Shown piece after piece: positions 48,284 through 58,040 of a stretch of 64,000 nucleotides of DNA. The first letter of the stretch is position 1. Each line of letters starts with the position of its first letter. The DNA is from a virus, in the IMG/VR virus record IMGVR_UViG_3300050821_013777, positions 57,544 through 121,543 of that record; one strand, written 5' to 3'. The position numbers and the translations under genes are program-made. The notes below the pieces were generated by a model. That model ran no database searches, was not told where the DNA came from, and saw nothing but the letters and a program-made list of their open reading frames with translations.

Positions 48284-49297
48284 CTATCGTTGCGGAACGG
48301 GAAACGAGCTGACGATGCCCGCCGCAGTCTGCGGCGGCGGGGCGCCGTTGGCAGCGACCGGCGGCGGGGCACCCATTCCAGGGAATGCCGCGAACGAGAA
48401 CGGCTGGCCCGGTGCCGGCGGTGCGGCCGGATCGGTGACCGCCGCTGGTACCGTGGCGGGCGCGCCACCCATCGGGAACTGTCCCGGCGGCGGAGCGAAC
48501 GTCTGCTGTACCGGAGGAGGCGCAAACGTCTGCTGCACGGGGGGTGGAGCGAACGCCTGCTGTACTGGAGGCGGAGCCGCGAAGGGCGCGCCTCCCGGCT
48601 GCGGCGTCGTCGCCGGACCTGGGCCGGGCTGCGCGATCGGCAGCGCAGCGCTCGGTGCGCCGGGCAGGCCCACCCCGAGCGCGAGCGTCGCAGGAGCCCC
48701 GGCCCCCGGCAGTCCAGGGAAGCCGCCTGGAACGCCGCCCGGCAGCGCGCCGACGTTACCGCCAGCTTGCATCGGCTTCGGCGCCCAGCGATGCCGATTG
48801 GTCCTGGTAGCCTCCTGCCACTCGGGGGCCGTCACCCACGCGTCGATGTCGGTCGACATGCGATCGTCCCGCATCGCGCGTTCCGTCTTCACGTAGACGA
48901 GCTGATTGGTGAACATGCCCGGCTGGTAGCGCATGCCCTGGCGCGCGCCGTCCAGCGTACCGGTGATCGAGCGCAAGAGCCCGCGCCAGATCCACCACAC
49001 GTTGCCCTTCGCGGTGCGCGGGTCGGGCAGGAAGCGCGAGAGGATCTTGCCCCGCGCGTCCGGGTCCTGGACCTCCATCGTCAGGAAGATGCCCTGCGAC
49101 TTGTTGGCGTCGTTGCGGCCCGACTCCTTGGTGATCTTCAGCTGGTAGTAGCCGTCCTGATCCAGAACGTCAGCTGCGTCAAACGGCTCCCAGCTCGGAT
49201 CGGCGGGGATGTCGAGCACGAAGCCGGTCTGCGCTTGCATCGGTGCGGCGCCCATCATCGGGCCTCCGCCGGGAATTCCAAATCCTGGTGCGCTCAT
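48284..49297 (-). CDS. putative single-stranded DNA-binding protein (DUF669-like) with Pro-rich tail
   Basis: FD...DGYYQLKI...E...G..L OB-like core; APPPVQQ repeats; lies next to the AAA and PD-(D/E)XK genes. Confidence 0.55.
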   Translation of the reverse strand: MSAPGFGIPGGGPMMGAAPMQAQTGFVLDIPADPSWEPFDAADVLDQDGYYQLKITKESGRNDANKSQGIFLTMEVQDPDARGKILSRFLPDPRTAKGNVWWIWRGLLRSITGTLDGARQGMRYQPGMFTNQLVYVKTERAMRDDRMSTDIDAWVTAPEWQEATRTNRHRWAPKPMQAGGNVGALPGGVPGGFPGLPGAGAPATLALGVGLPGAPSAALPIAQPGPGPATTPQPGGAPFAAPPPVQQAFAPPPVQQTFAPPPVQQTFAPPPGQFPMGGAPATVPAAVTDPAAPPAPGQPFSFAAFPGMGAPPPVAANGAPPPQTAAGIVSSFPVPQR

Positions 49298-49299
49298 CT

Positions 49300-49611
49300 T
49301 TAGGTCTCCTCGTTCGATTGTTGGGTTGTTTCGGAAATCTTCGCCTCGTCCATCTTCTCAGCGATCTTCTTTTCTTCCTGCTCCTTGATCCATCTGCGGA
49401 TCCCGGCACGACGCAGTTGGTCCAGCTCCAGCAGCTCGTTCATGTAGCTGCTACGTGCCTCAGCAAGAAAGTCATCCTCCGAGAGACCCTCCGAAACCGT
49501 GAGCATCGCTGCACGTTGGACAGCGTTTTCGATGCTCCGTTTCAGGACGGCCCGCGCCCTGTAGAAATTCTCAACGTGCTCAGGGACGTCCTGCTTCGGC
49601 TCAGTGCTCAT
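49300..49611 (-). CDS. hypothetical protein
   Basis: Co-oriented ORF. Confidence 0.55.
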   Translation of the reverse strand: MSTEPKQDVPEHVENFYRARAVLKRSIENAVQRAAMLTVSEGLSEDDFLAEARSSYMNELLELDQLRRAGIRRWIKEQEEKKIAEKMDEAKISETTQQSNEET

Positions 49612-49855
49612 GCTTCTTGTCCCTCACAACAGTCAAATTCGGCTTCGAGCACTCGTGCGTCTCAGCCTCCTCGATCACAGTGTCGACCACACCAGACACG
49701 GTATTGAACATGTCGTGCAGTTCCTCAGCCTGGATGCCGATGTAGCGCGCGACGGCGCAGATCAGTCCCATGCCCTGCAGCACGATCGTGTTCTCCAGTG
49801 CCAGTGCGACGCGCTCGTGCTTCTCGTCCTCTTTTTCTTCGTCTGTTGCCATCAC
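49601..49855 (-). CDS. hypothetical protein
   Basis: Coupled ORF. Confidence 0.55.
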   Translation of the reverse strand: MMATDEEKEDEKHERVALALENTIVLQGMGLICAVARYIGIQAEELHDMFNTVSGVVDTVIEEAETHECSKPNLTVVRDKKHEH

Positions 49856-50634
49856 AGCCCCCCGTACGGCGGTTGACGGGCCCGGAGGAACACACCGAGG
49901 TCAGCTGGCACGACGGCTTGACCCACACCCTCGCGATTCTTTGCCCACCAGAACCGCCAGTCCTGCGGCTGCCCGAACGTACCCAGGTCCGCAGGCCACT
50001 GCTCGCCACCGGTATAGTAGACCCGCATCGGTGTACGACCTGGCAGCGTAAGGTGATCAACGCGCAGCACAGTGTCGACGTGGCCGAAGAAATCACCTAC
50101 GAGCGTCTTTGGCGACAGAGCGAACTTGCCCGGATAAAACACGCCGTCTTGCACTGCAGGCGGCAATGGATGCGCGATGAAGACGCTGTGGAGCCCCAAA
50201 CTGCGGATGAACTCGCGCAACTGAAAGAGGCAGTTCCGGACCTGTACCGGGACCATGAACTTGTTCTTGTTCCCCTTGTGCTGATCCTCAGCTTCTTTGT
50301 AGATGTACGACGAGAATGGGCTCAGTCCGTCGATCACACAGGCGACGTAGTTCTGCTTGTGTTCGTACAGCCACGACAGCGCTTCGACCATCGCGCCCCA
50401 CGACTTCACAGTCTGTCGCGGGTGATCGGGCACGGGGAATCCGCGCGCTGCGATGTTCTTGAGCGCACCGTCCTCGCACGGAATGAAGAAAGCGTTGCAT
50501 CGGCCGTTCATCGTGAACGCGCGAGCAGCATCTGTCGTTTTTTCTGTACCGGGAGGGCCGTACATGATCACGCTTGCCGGGAGCGAGACAACATTTGCTT
50601 GTGCAGCGGCCCCGGTGACAATCTCGATCGGCAT
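49852..50634 (-). CDS. AAA_24/Sak4-like ATPase (recombination)
   Basis: YGPPGTEKTT (variant Walker A), CEDG, VIDGLS, FIAH, AKNR. Confidence 0.72.
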   Translation of the reverse strand: MPIEIVTGAAAQANVVSLPASVIMYGPPGTEKTTDAARAFTMNGRCNAFFIPCEDGALKNIAARGFPVPDHPRQTVKSWGAMVEALSWLYEHKQNYVACVIDGLSPFSSYIYKEAEDQHKGNKNKFMVPVQVRNCLFQLREFIRSLGLHSVFIAHPLPPAVQDGVFYPGKFALSPKTLVGDFFGHVDTVLRVDHLTLPGRTPMRVYYTGGEQWPADLGTFGQPQDWRFWWAKNREGVGQAVVPADLGVFLRARQPPYGGL

Positions 50635-50646
50635 CAGCAGCTCCTC

Positions 50647-50904
50647 TCAGTTGTCATAGCCGCCAACACCAGGGAGAACGATTTCATCGGCGCGCGCATT
50701 CAGTACGTTCTGAGCGTCGTAGTGCATGTTGTCTGCAAGCCGATGAAACCCGTGACAATCGTGCGTGCCGCGATCGACCGCGATCCCAGCAGCCATCGAC
50801 ATCAATGACTCGACGACGGCAGCGTCGGGGCAGGTCGATCGCTTGATCGCGCGCCCGATCGCACGCAATAGCCGCTCATCTTCTGTGAGTCGCTTGGTCA
50901 TCAT
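50647..50904 (-). CDS. hypothetical protein
   Basis: Coupled ORF. Confidence 0.5.
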   Translation of the reverse strand: MMTKRLTEDERLLRAIGRAIKRSTCPDAAVVESLMSMAAGIAVDRGTHDCHGFHRLADNMHYDAQNVLNARADEIVLPGVGGYDN

Positions 50905-51776
50905 GTCCTCTTGGCGTACTCGACGAGCCGGTGAAGCCCATCAGTACAGAGTGGGGTAAAGTCACAGGCGCCGTACTTCCTCATGCACGACTCCCACGAG
51001 CGCGGGCGATTCGTTGGGTCGGGAAAACGCTTTCGTACGGTGTTGATCTGCTCCAGGGCCCACGATGTGTCCTGCCCGAGGTGCGCGTAGGCTTCGTGGG
51101 AGATCGGAACCTCGAAGCGTCCGAAGCGCGGCTCGGGATACTCGCGTGACATCGCGTTGATGAAGACGCGGCTTACCGGATAGCCTGCCTGACGCGCGAG
51201 CGCGAGCTGGGTCAGCATCTGTCGGTCGGCGGCGTAGTGCTTGCCTGAGTGGTTCGAGATCTTCGAGCCCGTCTTGTGGTCGACGAGCCACAGCTCTTGC
51301 CCGCACTGCACGAGCATGTCGATGCGCGCCGTGTACGGCTCGACGCTGCCGTCGGGCATCTTGAACGACACCTCGAACTGATGCTCGACCAGCAGTGGCT
51401 TCCACGACGGGACGACGCCAGACGCGAGCAGCGGATCGTAGTGGGCCACGTACGCGTCGTAGATGCGTAGAGCCTCAGCTGCACAGTCGGGGCGGTCCTG
51501 CCCGCAGATCCAGATCGCCCAGCGCGCGTCGGGATAGACGAGCCAGTCCGGCTTCACGTCGAGTAACACACCGTAGCGGTAGGCGAGCCCCACGTGCACG
51601 AGCGTGCCGATCTTCGTTGCGTCCTTCTCGACGTTGGGACGAAGGTTCAGCTCGTAGCCGAACGCTTCGAGTTGGGCGCACGTGGAGAAGGCGCCGATCC
51701 TGTGAGGGCCCTGTTTGGAACTCCCGCCGGGCCAGACGACCCCGACGCTCGGCATCCCATAGTGGACGTCAGGCAT
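50901..51776 (-). CDS. PD-(D/E)XK exonuclease (Cas4/RecB-like)
   Basis: C..., GTLVH, VEHQF, RIDML, VDHKT, QM..Q, C.....G.CDF..LC. Confidence 0.82.
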   Translation of the reverse strand: MPDVHYGMPSVGVVWPGGSSKQGPHRIGAFSTCAQLEAFGYELNLRPNVEKDATKIGTLVHVGLAYRYGVLLDVKPDWLVYPDARWAIWICGQDRPDCAAEALRIYDAYVAHYDPLLASGVVPSWKPLLVEHQFEVSFKMPDGSVEPYTARIDMLVQCGQELWLVDHKTGSKISNHSGKHYAADRQMLTQLALARQAGYPVSRVFINAMSREYPEPRFGRFEVPISHEAYAHLGQDTSWALEQINTVRKRFPDPTNRPRSWESCMRKYGACDFTPLCTDGLHRLVEYAKRT

Positions 51777-52144
51777 CAGAGCGGCTTTCTACCAAGCGCC
51801 GACGGCCACCGATACGGAGGGGGACCTGACGCTGCGGGTTGTACCGGCGGCCCCGGATTGCCGATAAACCCAGGAAATTGCGCCGGCACAGCGGTGCCCA
51901 CCGGCACAGGAGGCGATTCGGCCGATCTCCGCAGCTTCTCTGCTGCTGCGACCGCCGCCGCGGTCTCTGCCAACGCACCGATCAGTGCCAGATCAGACGG
52001 CGCGAGCATCAATTCAACCATGCCGCCACGCCCATACAGCTGAGCGCGCGCAGCGCCCTGCTCGTCACCAGGGGCGTCCCAGTGCTCGCTGTATTCGATC
52101 ACGAACACAACGTCGTCGCGAGTGACGATGACTTTTTCAGCCAC
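51776..52144 (-). CDS. hypothetical protein
   Basis: From GTG 52144 (MAEKVIV). Confidence 0.5.
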   Translation of the reverse strand: MAEKVIVTRDDVVFVIEYSEHWDAPGDEQGAARAQLYGRGGMVELMLAPSDLALIGALAETAAAVAAAEKLRRSAESPPVPVGTAVPAQFPGFIGNPGPPVQPAASGPPPYRWPSALGRKPL

Positions 52145-53837
52145 TGGCGCTCCAGCTCTGCAGCTTCGCGAACAGCGCGCCGACGATCTCCTCGTCGCTG
52201 CGCCCGCCCAGCAGCTTGACCATCTCGCTGGAGTCCTCCTGCGCACCGAGCGCCTGCTCGATCACAGGCAGCTTGGCGATCACGGTCTCGGCGATTCCTT
52301 CGTCTACGGTCCCTGTCGCGATGAAGTAGCGCACGAGCAGTCGTACGACCGAGTCGAATCGGTGGCCGCGCTTCTCGGCTTGCAGCATCTTCCACGGCTC
52401 GGGCACGAGGTCGGCGAAGATCATCAGGTGCGCGCCGACAAGCGAGAGCGCCACGCCCATCGAGTCGATCGTCGCCACGAAGCACGCTGGCGCCGAGGCT
52501 TCACGAAACTGCTGCGACTGCGCGTAGCGGCCGTCGGGCGACAGATCGCCGTGCACGCAGAACACGGTGCAGTCGACACGCTTGCGGATGTCCTTCGCGA
52601 TGGCGTCCGCCTGCGCCCGCATGTAGACGAACACGATCACCTTCTGCTTCGATTCGAGCGCCTCGACCGCGGCGTTCACGACGGCCGGCCGCTTGGCGTT
52701 CGCTGTGGCGCGGAGCCCGCTCATCACAGCTTGCTTCTTGTCGAGCGCCTGGAGCCCTTCGTGCACTGTCGGCGCCGAAACCTCGACGTCGACCTGCACG
52801 ACCTCGCGGCGCTTCTCGGGCAGCTGCAGATGAACCATTTCCGCGGTGCGGCCCAGCATGAAATAGCCAAGACGCGCCTTCAGCTCCTCGATCTGCGACG
52901 AGCCCTTGTCGGTCCAGCCGTACGCGCCCTGCACAGCACCGGCGTACGATTTTGCCCACGTCCAGTAGGAGTAGCCGAAGAGTCCGTCGCTCATGACGTC
53001 GACGAGCGAGTAGAGATCACGTACGTGGTTCGGCATCGGTGTGCCGGTCAGCTCCCAGACGACAGGCACACCCTTGCACACGAGCTTTGCTGTTTTCGTC
53101 CGCCGCGATGATCGCCCACGCAGCACGTGCGCTTCGTCGAAGATCGTGATCAGGAACCGGCCGCTCAGCGCCTGCCACCAGCCGGGCAGGTGGGGGACAT
53201 CGTAGACGACACCCGCCGCGTCGCGCTTCTGCCCGCCGTAGAGGATGTCGTAGTTGCAGATTACGTAGCGCTCGGTGAGCTGGTCGGGGTCGGGGCGCAG
53301 CGTGTCGAGCACGACTGAGTCGGCGCCGATCCACTTTTTCAGCTCGGCCTGCCAATGACGCTTCGCGAGAGCGGGGCAGACGATCAGGCAAACGGGTGTC
53401 CGTGGGCTCGGGATCGCTGCCATCGACAGCCGCGCCTCGGCCGCCGCGATGGCCTGGGGAGTCTTGCCCACGCCCATTTGGTCTGCCAGCAGCGCGTAAT
53501 CCCGCTCGGCGAGAAAGGCCGCGCCCTCCTGCTGAAACTCCGCGAGCCCGACCTGCTTCCCTGCCCAGATCGCTCGTTCGCGCGCTCCAGGAACGCCTGG
53601 CCACATCGATGGTTGGCGCTGCGGCCTGCCCATCACGCGCTCGACAAGCCACGCTGCATCCACAGCGCATTGTGTGTTCCCCTGCTTGGTGACCACTATT
53701 CCTGGTGCGTGCCACTCGTCGACCCGACCAGTGAAGGTGTACGGGCGGGCGCCGCGGGCATGGAGCGAGGGCTGGAGAATCGCGCGAGGCGGGGGCGGCG
53801 CCGAGATCGGAAACGGGATAACGTTCGACACGCTCAC
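52137..53837 (-). CDS. SNF2-family helicase
   Basis: LADQMGVGKT, NYD, DEAH, LTGTP, GVALSL, QAEKRGHR. Confidence 0.9.
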   Translation of the reverse strand: MSVSNVIPFPISAPPPPRAILQPSLHARGARPYTFTGRVDEWHAPGIVVTKQGNTQCAVDAAWLVERVMGRPQRQPSMWPGVPGARERAIWAGKQVGLAEFQQEGAAFLAERDYALLADQMGVGKTPQAIAAAEARLSMAAIPSPRTPVCLIVCPALAKRHWQAELKKWIGADSVVLDTLRPDPDQLTERYVICNYDILYGGQKRDAAGVVYDVPHLPGWWQALSGRFLITIFDEAHVLRGRSSRRTKTAKLVCKGVPVVWELTGTPMPNHVRDLYSLVDVMSDGLFGYSYWTWAKSYAGAVQGAYGWTDKGSSQIEELKARLGYFMLGRTAEMVHLQLPEKRREVVQVDVEVSAPTVHEGLQALDKKQAVMSGLRATANAKRPAVVNAAVEALESKQKVIVFVYMRAQADAIAKDIRKRVDCTVFCVHGDLSPDGRYAQSQQFREASAPACFVATIDSMGVALSLVGAHLMIFADLVPEPWKMLQAEKRGHRFDSVVRLLVRYFIATGTVDEGIAETVIAKLPVIEQALGAQEDSSEMVKLLGGRSDEEIVGALFAKLQSWSASG

Positions 53838-54037
53838 GCCGAGATCCCCTTTCGGGCACGCAGGCGCGTCGAGTGTCCATCTGTCAGCAGGCCGTCCATG
53901 GCGAAGCGTACGGCCAGCGATTTAGCCCCTGGCGATCTCAGCCGTCAAGTTTTTTTGCGAATAATTTTTTCATCTGCTGAAAGAGCCAAACTTGCCAGCG
54001 CGACCACAAGTCTGATAGATCGGTCGTCCCGTTCGCG
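53838..54037. promoter_or_regulatory. divergent promoter region with AT-rich core
   Basis: Strand switch; TTGACG on the minus strand (53943-53948), TTGCCA on the plus strand, T7/T6 tracts. Confidence 0.5.
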
Positions 54038-55285
54038 ATGCTCCCACCGCACGTCAGCGACGCACTTCCGCAGCAGTCAGCGTTCCTGCGCGGATACGCT
54101 GACTACGCGTCCGCTACAAGCGACGCGCCGGAGATCTACCACGTAGGTGTCGGTCTCACGATTCTGTCCGGCGCCATCGCGAAACGGCTGGCGTGTCCGT
54201 ACATGGCCGGCGGCGAGCTGGTCCCGAACTTGTACACGCTGCTCATTGGCGCGAGCCGGAGCGGCCGCAAGACATCGAGCGTCGACACGGGGATCAAGCT
54301 CTTGATGCGTGCCGCACCCGAGACAGTCATCCCGATTCCTGGCAGCTACGAGGAGATGATCTCGCAGATTCGGCAGACGCCGTCGGGACTGCTCACGTAT
54401 CGCGAGTTCGGGCACTTCCTCAAGACCACGCAACGCGGGTACGGCGAGCAGATCCGCACAGCGTTGATGGATCTCTACGACCACCCAGTTGATCGGGCCT
54501 ACACACGCAACCTCCGCAAGGGCAAGACAGTGATCGAACCGCCGATCTGCTTGTCGCTCTTGAGCACGTGCTCCACCGACTTGTTGTTTTCAAATTCCGA
54601 CACCGAAGAGTGGCAGGGCGGCTTCTTCGGCCGGATGGTCATGCTCTACGGCGACCGCGAAGTCTTCCGCATGCCGAACGTGTGGGACGCCGCGCGCGAC
54701 CATCTGACCGCGGTCCTGCACCAGCTCATTCACATGCCGATGGGTCGCTGTGCTGGCTTCTCGCAGTATGCCTGGATCGAGTTCGAGCGGTGGGCACGGT
54801 ACCGGGACTCCACGGCGGTGCAGTTCCCGGAGCGCGTGCAGACCTTCGTCTCGGGCTCGGGCACGCTCGCCGCGAAGGTCGCGCTCTTGTACGCCGCCGA
54901 CATGGGAGAGGCTGCGTACGACGGCTGGAGCATTTCTTTGGAGGCGATGCGCCGGGCGATCTTGTTCTGCGAGAACCTCTACCTCCCGAGCATCAAGCAC
55001 CTGGGCGACACGCTGGCGTTGGGGATCTGGGAGCGTGACCGCCAGAAGATCCTCACGATCATCGAGAGCAAGGGCAACGCAGGCGCTGCACAGAAGGAGA
55101 TTCTGAAGCGCGCCAAGGTCTCGTTGCAACTGTTCGAGGAGGTCGTCAACACGCTCAAGGCCGAGGGCACGATCGCACAGGTGAACGGCGTGAAGGACAC
55201 AGTGTACAAGCGTGTCTTCGAGGGTGGCAGCTCGGGGCGCCCCAATCTCACCGTCGTGCCGATGAACCCGGCAGGGACGCCGTGA
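54038..55285 (+). CDS. DUF3987-family replication protein (primase-associated ATPase-like)
   Basis: SDAPEIYH, PNLYTLLIGASRSGRKTSS, EFG, LMDLYD, GFFGR, C-terminal winged HTH. Confidence 0.75.
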   Translation: MLPPHVSDALPQQSAFLRGYADYASATSDAPEIYHVGVGLTILSGAIAKRLACPYMAGGELVPNLYTLLIGASRSGRKTSSVDTGIKLLMRAAPETVIPIPGSYEEMISQIRQTPSGLLTYREFGHFLKTTQRGYGEQIRTALMDLYDHPVDRAYTRNLRKGKTVIEPPICLSLLSTCSTDLLFSNSDTEEWQGGFFGRMVMLYGDREVFRMPNVWDAARDHLTAVLHQLIHMPMGRCAGFSQYAWIEFERWARYRDSTAVQFPERVQTFVSGSGTLAAKVALLYAADMGEAAYDGWSISLEAMRRAILFCENLYLPSIKHLGDTLALGIWERDRQKILTIIESKGNAGAAQKEILKRAKVSLQLFEEVVNTLKAEGTIAQVNGVKDTVYKRVFEGGSSGRPNLTVVPMNPAGTP

Positions 55286-55482
55286 ACAAAAAAGTTCGCT
55301 TCACGTACGTTACAGGAGTCAACCCTCACATCATCGCTACCCCTGTGGAGACGGAGGTCCCACTCTGGACGCTCTCTGCTCTACGCGAAGGGATCGACTA
55401 CATTCTCGGCACACACGCAGCCGACAGCGATGAGGCCAAGGCGCTGCTCGCGGCGTACAGGTTGGCGGAGTCGGCAAAGTGA
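55282..55482 (+). CDS. ALLAAYRL-motif protein 1
   Basis: Coupled; shared C-terminal motif. Confidence 0.65.
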   Translation: MNKKVRFTYVTGVNPHIIATPVETEVPLWTLSALREGIDYILGTHAADSDEAKALLAAYRLAESAK

Positions 55483-55778
55483 CCAGGGCCATGCCTACAG
55501 GCGGTACAGCGATCACGCACGTAGTGAAGTGGTGGGATCACACGTCGTTGTCGACGAGCGCCGCCCATGTGGATCTCTTTCGTGGTCACGTTAAGGCTGA
55601 CGCCAGGCTAGTCAGCATGGGCCAGTTCAGTGTCGACGACGAGGAGTCGCAGAACATGGGCAGGCTCTTAACCATGTCGACCGAGGGCGTAGTATGGATT
55701 CGCGGTCGGTTCGAGGACCACAGTCCCGACGGGCAGGCACTGCTCGCGGCCTATAGGCTATGGGCGAGTGCCGTATGA
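55479..55778 (+). CDS. ALLAAYRL-motif protein 2
   Basis: Coupled; shared C-terminal motif. Confidence 0.65.
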   Translation: MTRAMPTGGTAITHVVKWWDHTSLSTSAAHVDLFRGHVKADARLVSMGQFSVDDEESQNMGRLLTMSTEGVVWIRGRFEDHSPDGQALLAAYRLWASAV

Positions 55779-56047
55779 AGGTCACACCCGGTGATGCGAT
55801 CACGTACGTCTACGAGGGCGACTTCGTCTTCGTCGTCCGATCGTTCGTTACCGGCGGGCTGAGGGACGGCGACGAACAGTTCCTGACGACAAACACAGCG
55901 CATAATTCGCTCCTCAGCATGCGCGATGAGGGAACCCGCTGGATCCGTCGCCACTACGACGACAACAGCGAGGAGGTCGCAGCGCTGCTCGCCGCCTACC
56001 GGCTCACAGCGAGCCATTCCTTCACAATCACGCTGACACCGACATGA
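55775..56047 (+). CDS. ALLAAYRL-motif protein 3
   Basis: ATGA-coupled; shared C-terminal motif. Confidence 0.65.
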   Translation: MKVTPGDAITYVYEGDFVFVVRSFVTGGLRDGDEQFLTTNTAHNSLLSMRDEGTRWIRRHYDDNSEEVAALLAAYRLTASHSFTITLTPT

Positions 56048-56433
56048 TCCGCCCCAACCACCGCCGCCGCTTCCTTGTCACGCGCACATTCGCAGAGGCC
56101 GCAGTCGATATCGTCGCGGCGCACTTCGGGGTCACCGCCCAAGCAATTCGAGGTCCGCGGCGCTGCCGCGCGATCTCGCGCACGCGGGCGGTCGCGGCCT
56201 ACGTGCTCCGCAACGCAACACCGTTCAGCTACCCCGAGATCGGCGTCATGCTCGGAGGCAAGGATCACAGCGCCGTGATGAGCATGTGCCGACGGATTGA
56301 GATGGCGCTCGAAGTAGACAGTGTCCTGCGATGGGACCTGCTGCAGATCGCTCAGCTACTCGCCGAGCGCAAGCAGATCAGGCTCTCGTCCGACACAGGG
56401 GTCGACCCTGCAAAGCTGCTTTCGCCGACGTAG
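56044..56433 (+). CDS. stand-alone DnaA C-terminal (domain IV) HTH protein
   Basis: VAAHFGVT...I.G.RR...ISRTRAVAAY...SYPEIG..LGGKDHSAV. Confidence 0.82.
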   Translation: MIRPNHRRRFLVTRTFAEAAVDIVAAHFGVTAQAIRGPRRCRAISRTRAVAAYVLRNATPFSYPEIGVMLGGKDHSAVMSMCRRIEMALEVDSVLRWDLLQIAQLLAERKQIRLSSDTGVDPAKLLSPT

Positions 56434-56689
56434 CCCGTTTGCGCTGCTTGCCCCGCTTCCCGCGCGGCACAGTCACCGTCGCTTCGTGGTGGTGTGGCGC
56501 CTCGAAGTCGAAGCCTGGCCCAAGCGCGCGAGCAACAACGTACTGCGCGTTCTTGTAGCCGACGAACGGCGTGAGCAGCGCGCGCACGTACCAGCCAACC
56601 CATGCGCCACCGTACGTCGGCCCGAGCCCGGTAGGGATCAGCGCGTCGGCTTCGCCGAGCGTCTTAAGCACGACCTGCCACTTCCTCAT
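56378..56689 (-). CDS. hypothetical protein
   Basis: MRKWQVVLK... follows the 56664 gene; weak support. Confidence 0.35.
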   Translation of the reverse strand: MRKWQVVLKTLGEADALIPTGLGPTYGGAWVGWYVRALLTPFVGYKNAQYVVARALGPGFDFEAPHHHEATVTVPRGKRGKQRKRATSAKAALQGRPLCRTRA

Positions 56690-58037
56690 CGCTCGCTGCG
56701 ACGCGCACGACGACCGCACCAGCTTCGCCGAGCCCGCGGATGTGCGGCTTGATCCACTGCTGTCGATGCTCCTTGTGCCCGACACCGCACGCCTGGTTCC
56801 GCCAGTGGCCGATCACCCAGTGGGCCTTCTTGTGCTTGCCCGGCGTCGCGAAGATGCGCTCAGCGGCCTCGCGCAGATAGCGCGGCGGCGCGACGTGGAA
56901 CTTGATCGTGCGAACCTTCGGCGCGCGTCCCTCGTGCTCATCACGCTTCTCGGCGTCGCGCTGCTGGTTGGCGTGCTTCGGGTCGGCGTCGGTGACCGGG
57001 ATGCGCGTCTCGGCTTTCGGGTTGAGCCCACGCTCGACAAGCATCTGGGTGACGATCTCGACGACGCGCTTCTCGTCAGCTGTTGGCTCGAAGGCGTGAT
57101 CCGTCACCGCGTCCACAACTGCGCGGGTCTTCTCGTCGACGACGCCTTGTGCGAGCTTGTCGAGTGCTGCATCGCCAAGAGAGTCAGCAACACGATCGAT
57201 GACCTGCTGAGACGGTCTCACGCGCGCTGAGACCCAGGCACAGCCTTCAACCACACTAAACACGGTCTCCTTGAATTCGATCGTGTACGACGCGAACGGC
57301 ACGCCTGGCGGGCAGGGCGTATCTGCAAGCGGTTCCGATGAAGTCAACTCGCGCGACGCTTCGAGAATGCGTAGCAGCTCCCCGTGGCCATCGAGCACAT
57401 GCTGATGCGATTCGTTGATCTGCTTGAATGCCGTCAAGAATGCGCGTGCCACCTGCAGCGCGACGTCGCGGATATCCTTCTTTGTATCGGCCATTCCGCT
57501 GGCCACTTTTCGCTCGTAGTGTTTGATGTTCTCGCGCACGTCTTTTCTGAGCAGTCCCAGGTCGTGCTCACTGACCTCTACAGTCTCCGTCAGCTCAAGC
57601 ACCAGCTTCTGCGCCTCAACAATCTGTTCTGGCGTGGTGTCCTCAGAGGCGTCAACCGACAGTGCCTGAATGCGCGCGACAGCTGCAGCAGCCTTGGCTG
57701 AGCGTGTTCTGGCGTCCATCGCACGCAATCTCTGCGGTTGGACGAACACGTCCCATTCTTTGTCCATCTCCACATATTCGTCTGGTCGTCGAGCACGCTC
57801 TTCAGCAGTCACATCGATAACAACGTTTGCGAGCGTATCGGAATGCCCTGCGATTACCTCCCACCACTTCTCGATCTTGGCAAACACGTCTGCCACGACG
57901 ATAGACATCGCTCGGAACGCCGCCCAGTCGGGCGGCCGAAGCCACCGCTTCCACGTGAGCACCTGCGTCTCGGACGGGATCGCGGCGAAGATCCGAAAGT
58001 CATCCGCGCCACGAACGATGAAGCGGTGCTTGATCAT
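56664..58037 (-). CDS. hypothetical phage protein with C-terminal HWVxGHWRxQxxG motif
   Basis: 457-aa ORF; HWVIGHWRNQACG...WIKPHIRG. Confidence 0.7.
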   Translation of the reverse strand: MIKHRFIVRGADDFRIFAAIPSETQVLTWKRWLRPPDWAAFRAMSIVVADVFAKIEKWWEVIAGHSDTLANVVIDVTAEERARRPDEYVEMDKEWDVFVQPQRLRAMDARTRSAKAAAAVARIQALSVDASEDTTPEQIVEAQKLVLELTETVEVSEHDLGLLRKDVRENIKHYERKVASGMADTKKDIRDVALQVARAFLTAFKQINESHQHVLDGHGELLRILEASRELTSSEPLADTPCPPGVPFASYTIEFKETVFSVVEGCAWVSARVRPSQQVIDRVADSLGDAALDKLAQGVVDEKTRAVVDAVTDHAFEPTADEKRVVEIVTQMLVERGLNPKAETRIPVTDADPKHANQQRDAEKRDEHEGRAPKVRTIKFHVAPPRYLREAAERIFATPGKHKKAHWVIGHWRNQACGVGHKEHRQQWIKPHIRGLGEAGAVVVRVAASDEEVAGRA

Positions 58038-58040
58038 GGC

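Noticed and set aside
50901-51776. cas4 belonging to the CRISPR locus
   Set aside because: It lies about 7 kb away in a typical phage exonuclease-AAA-SSB recombination cluster.
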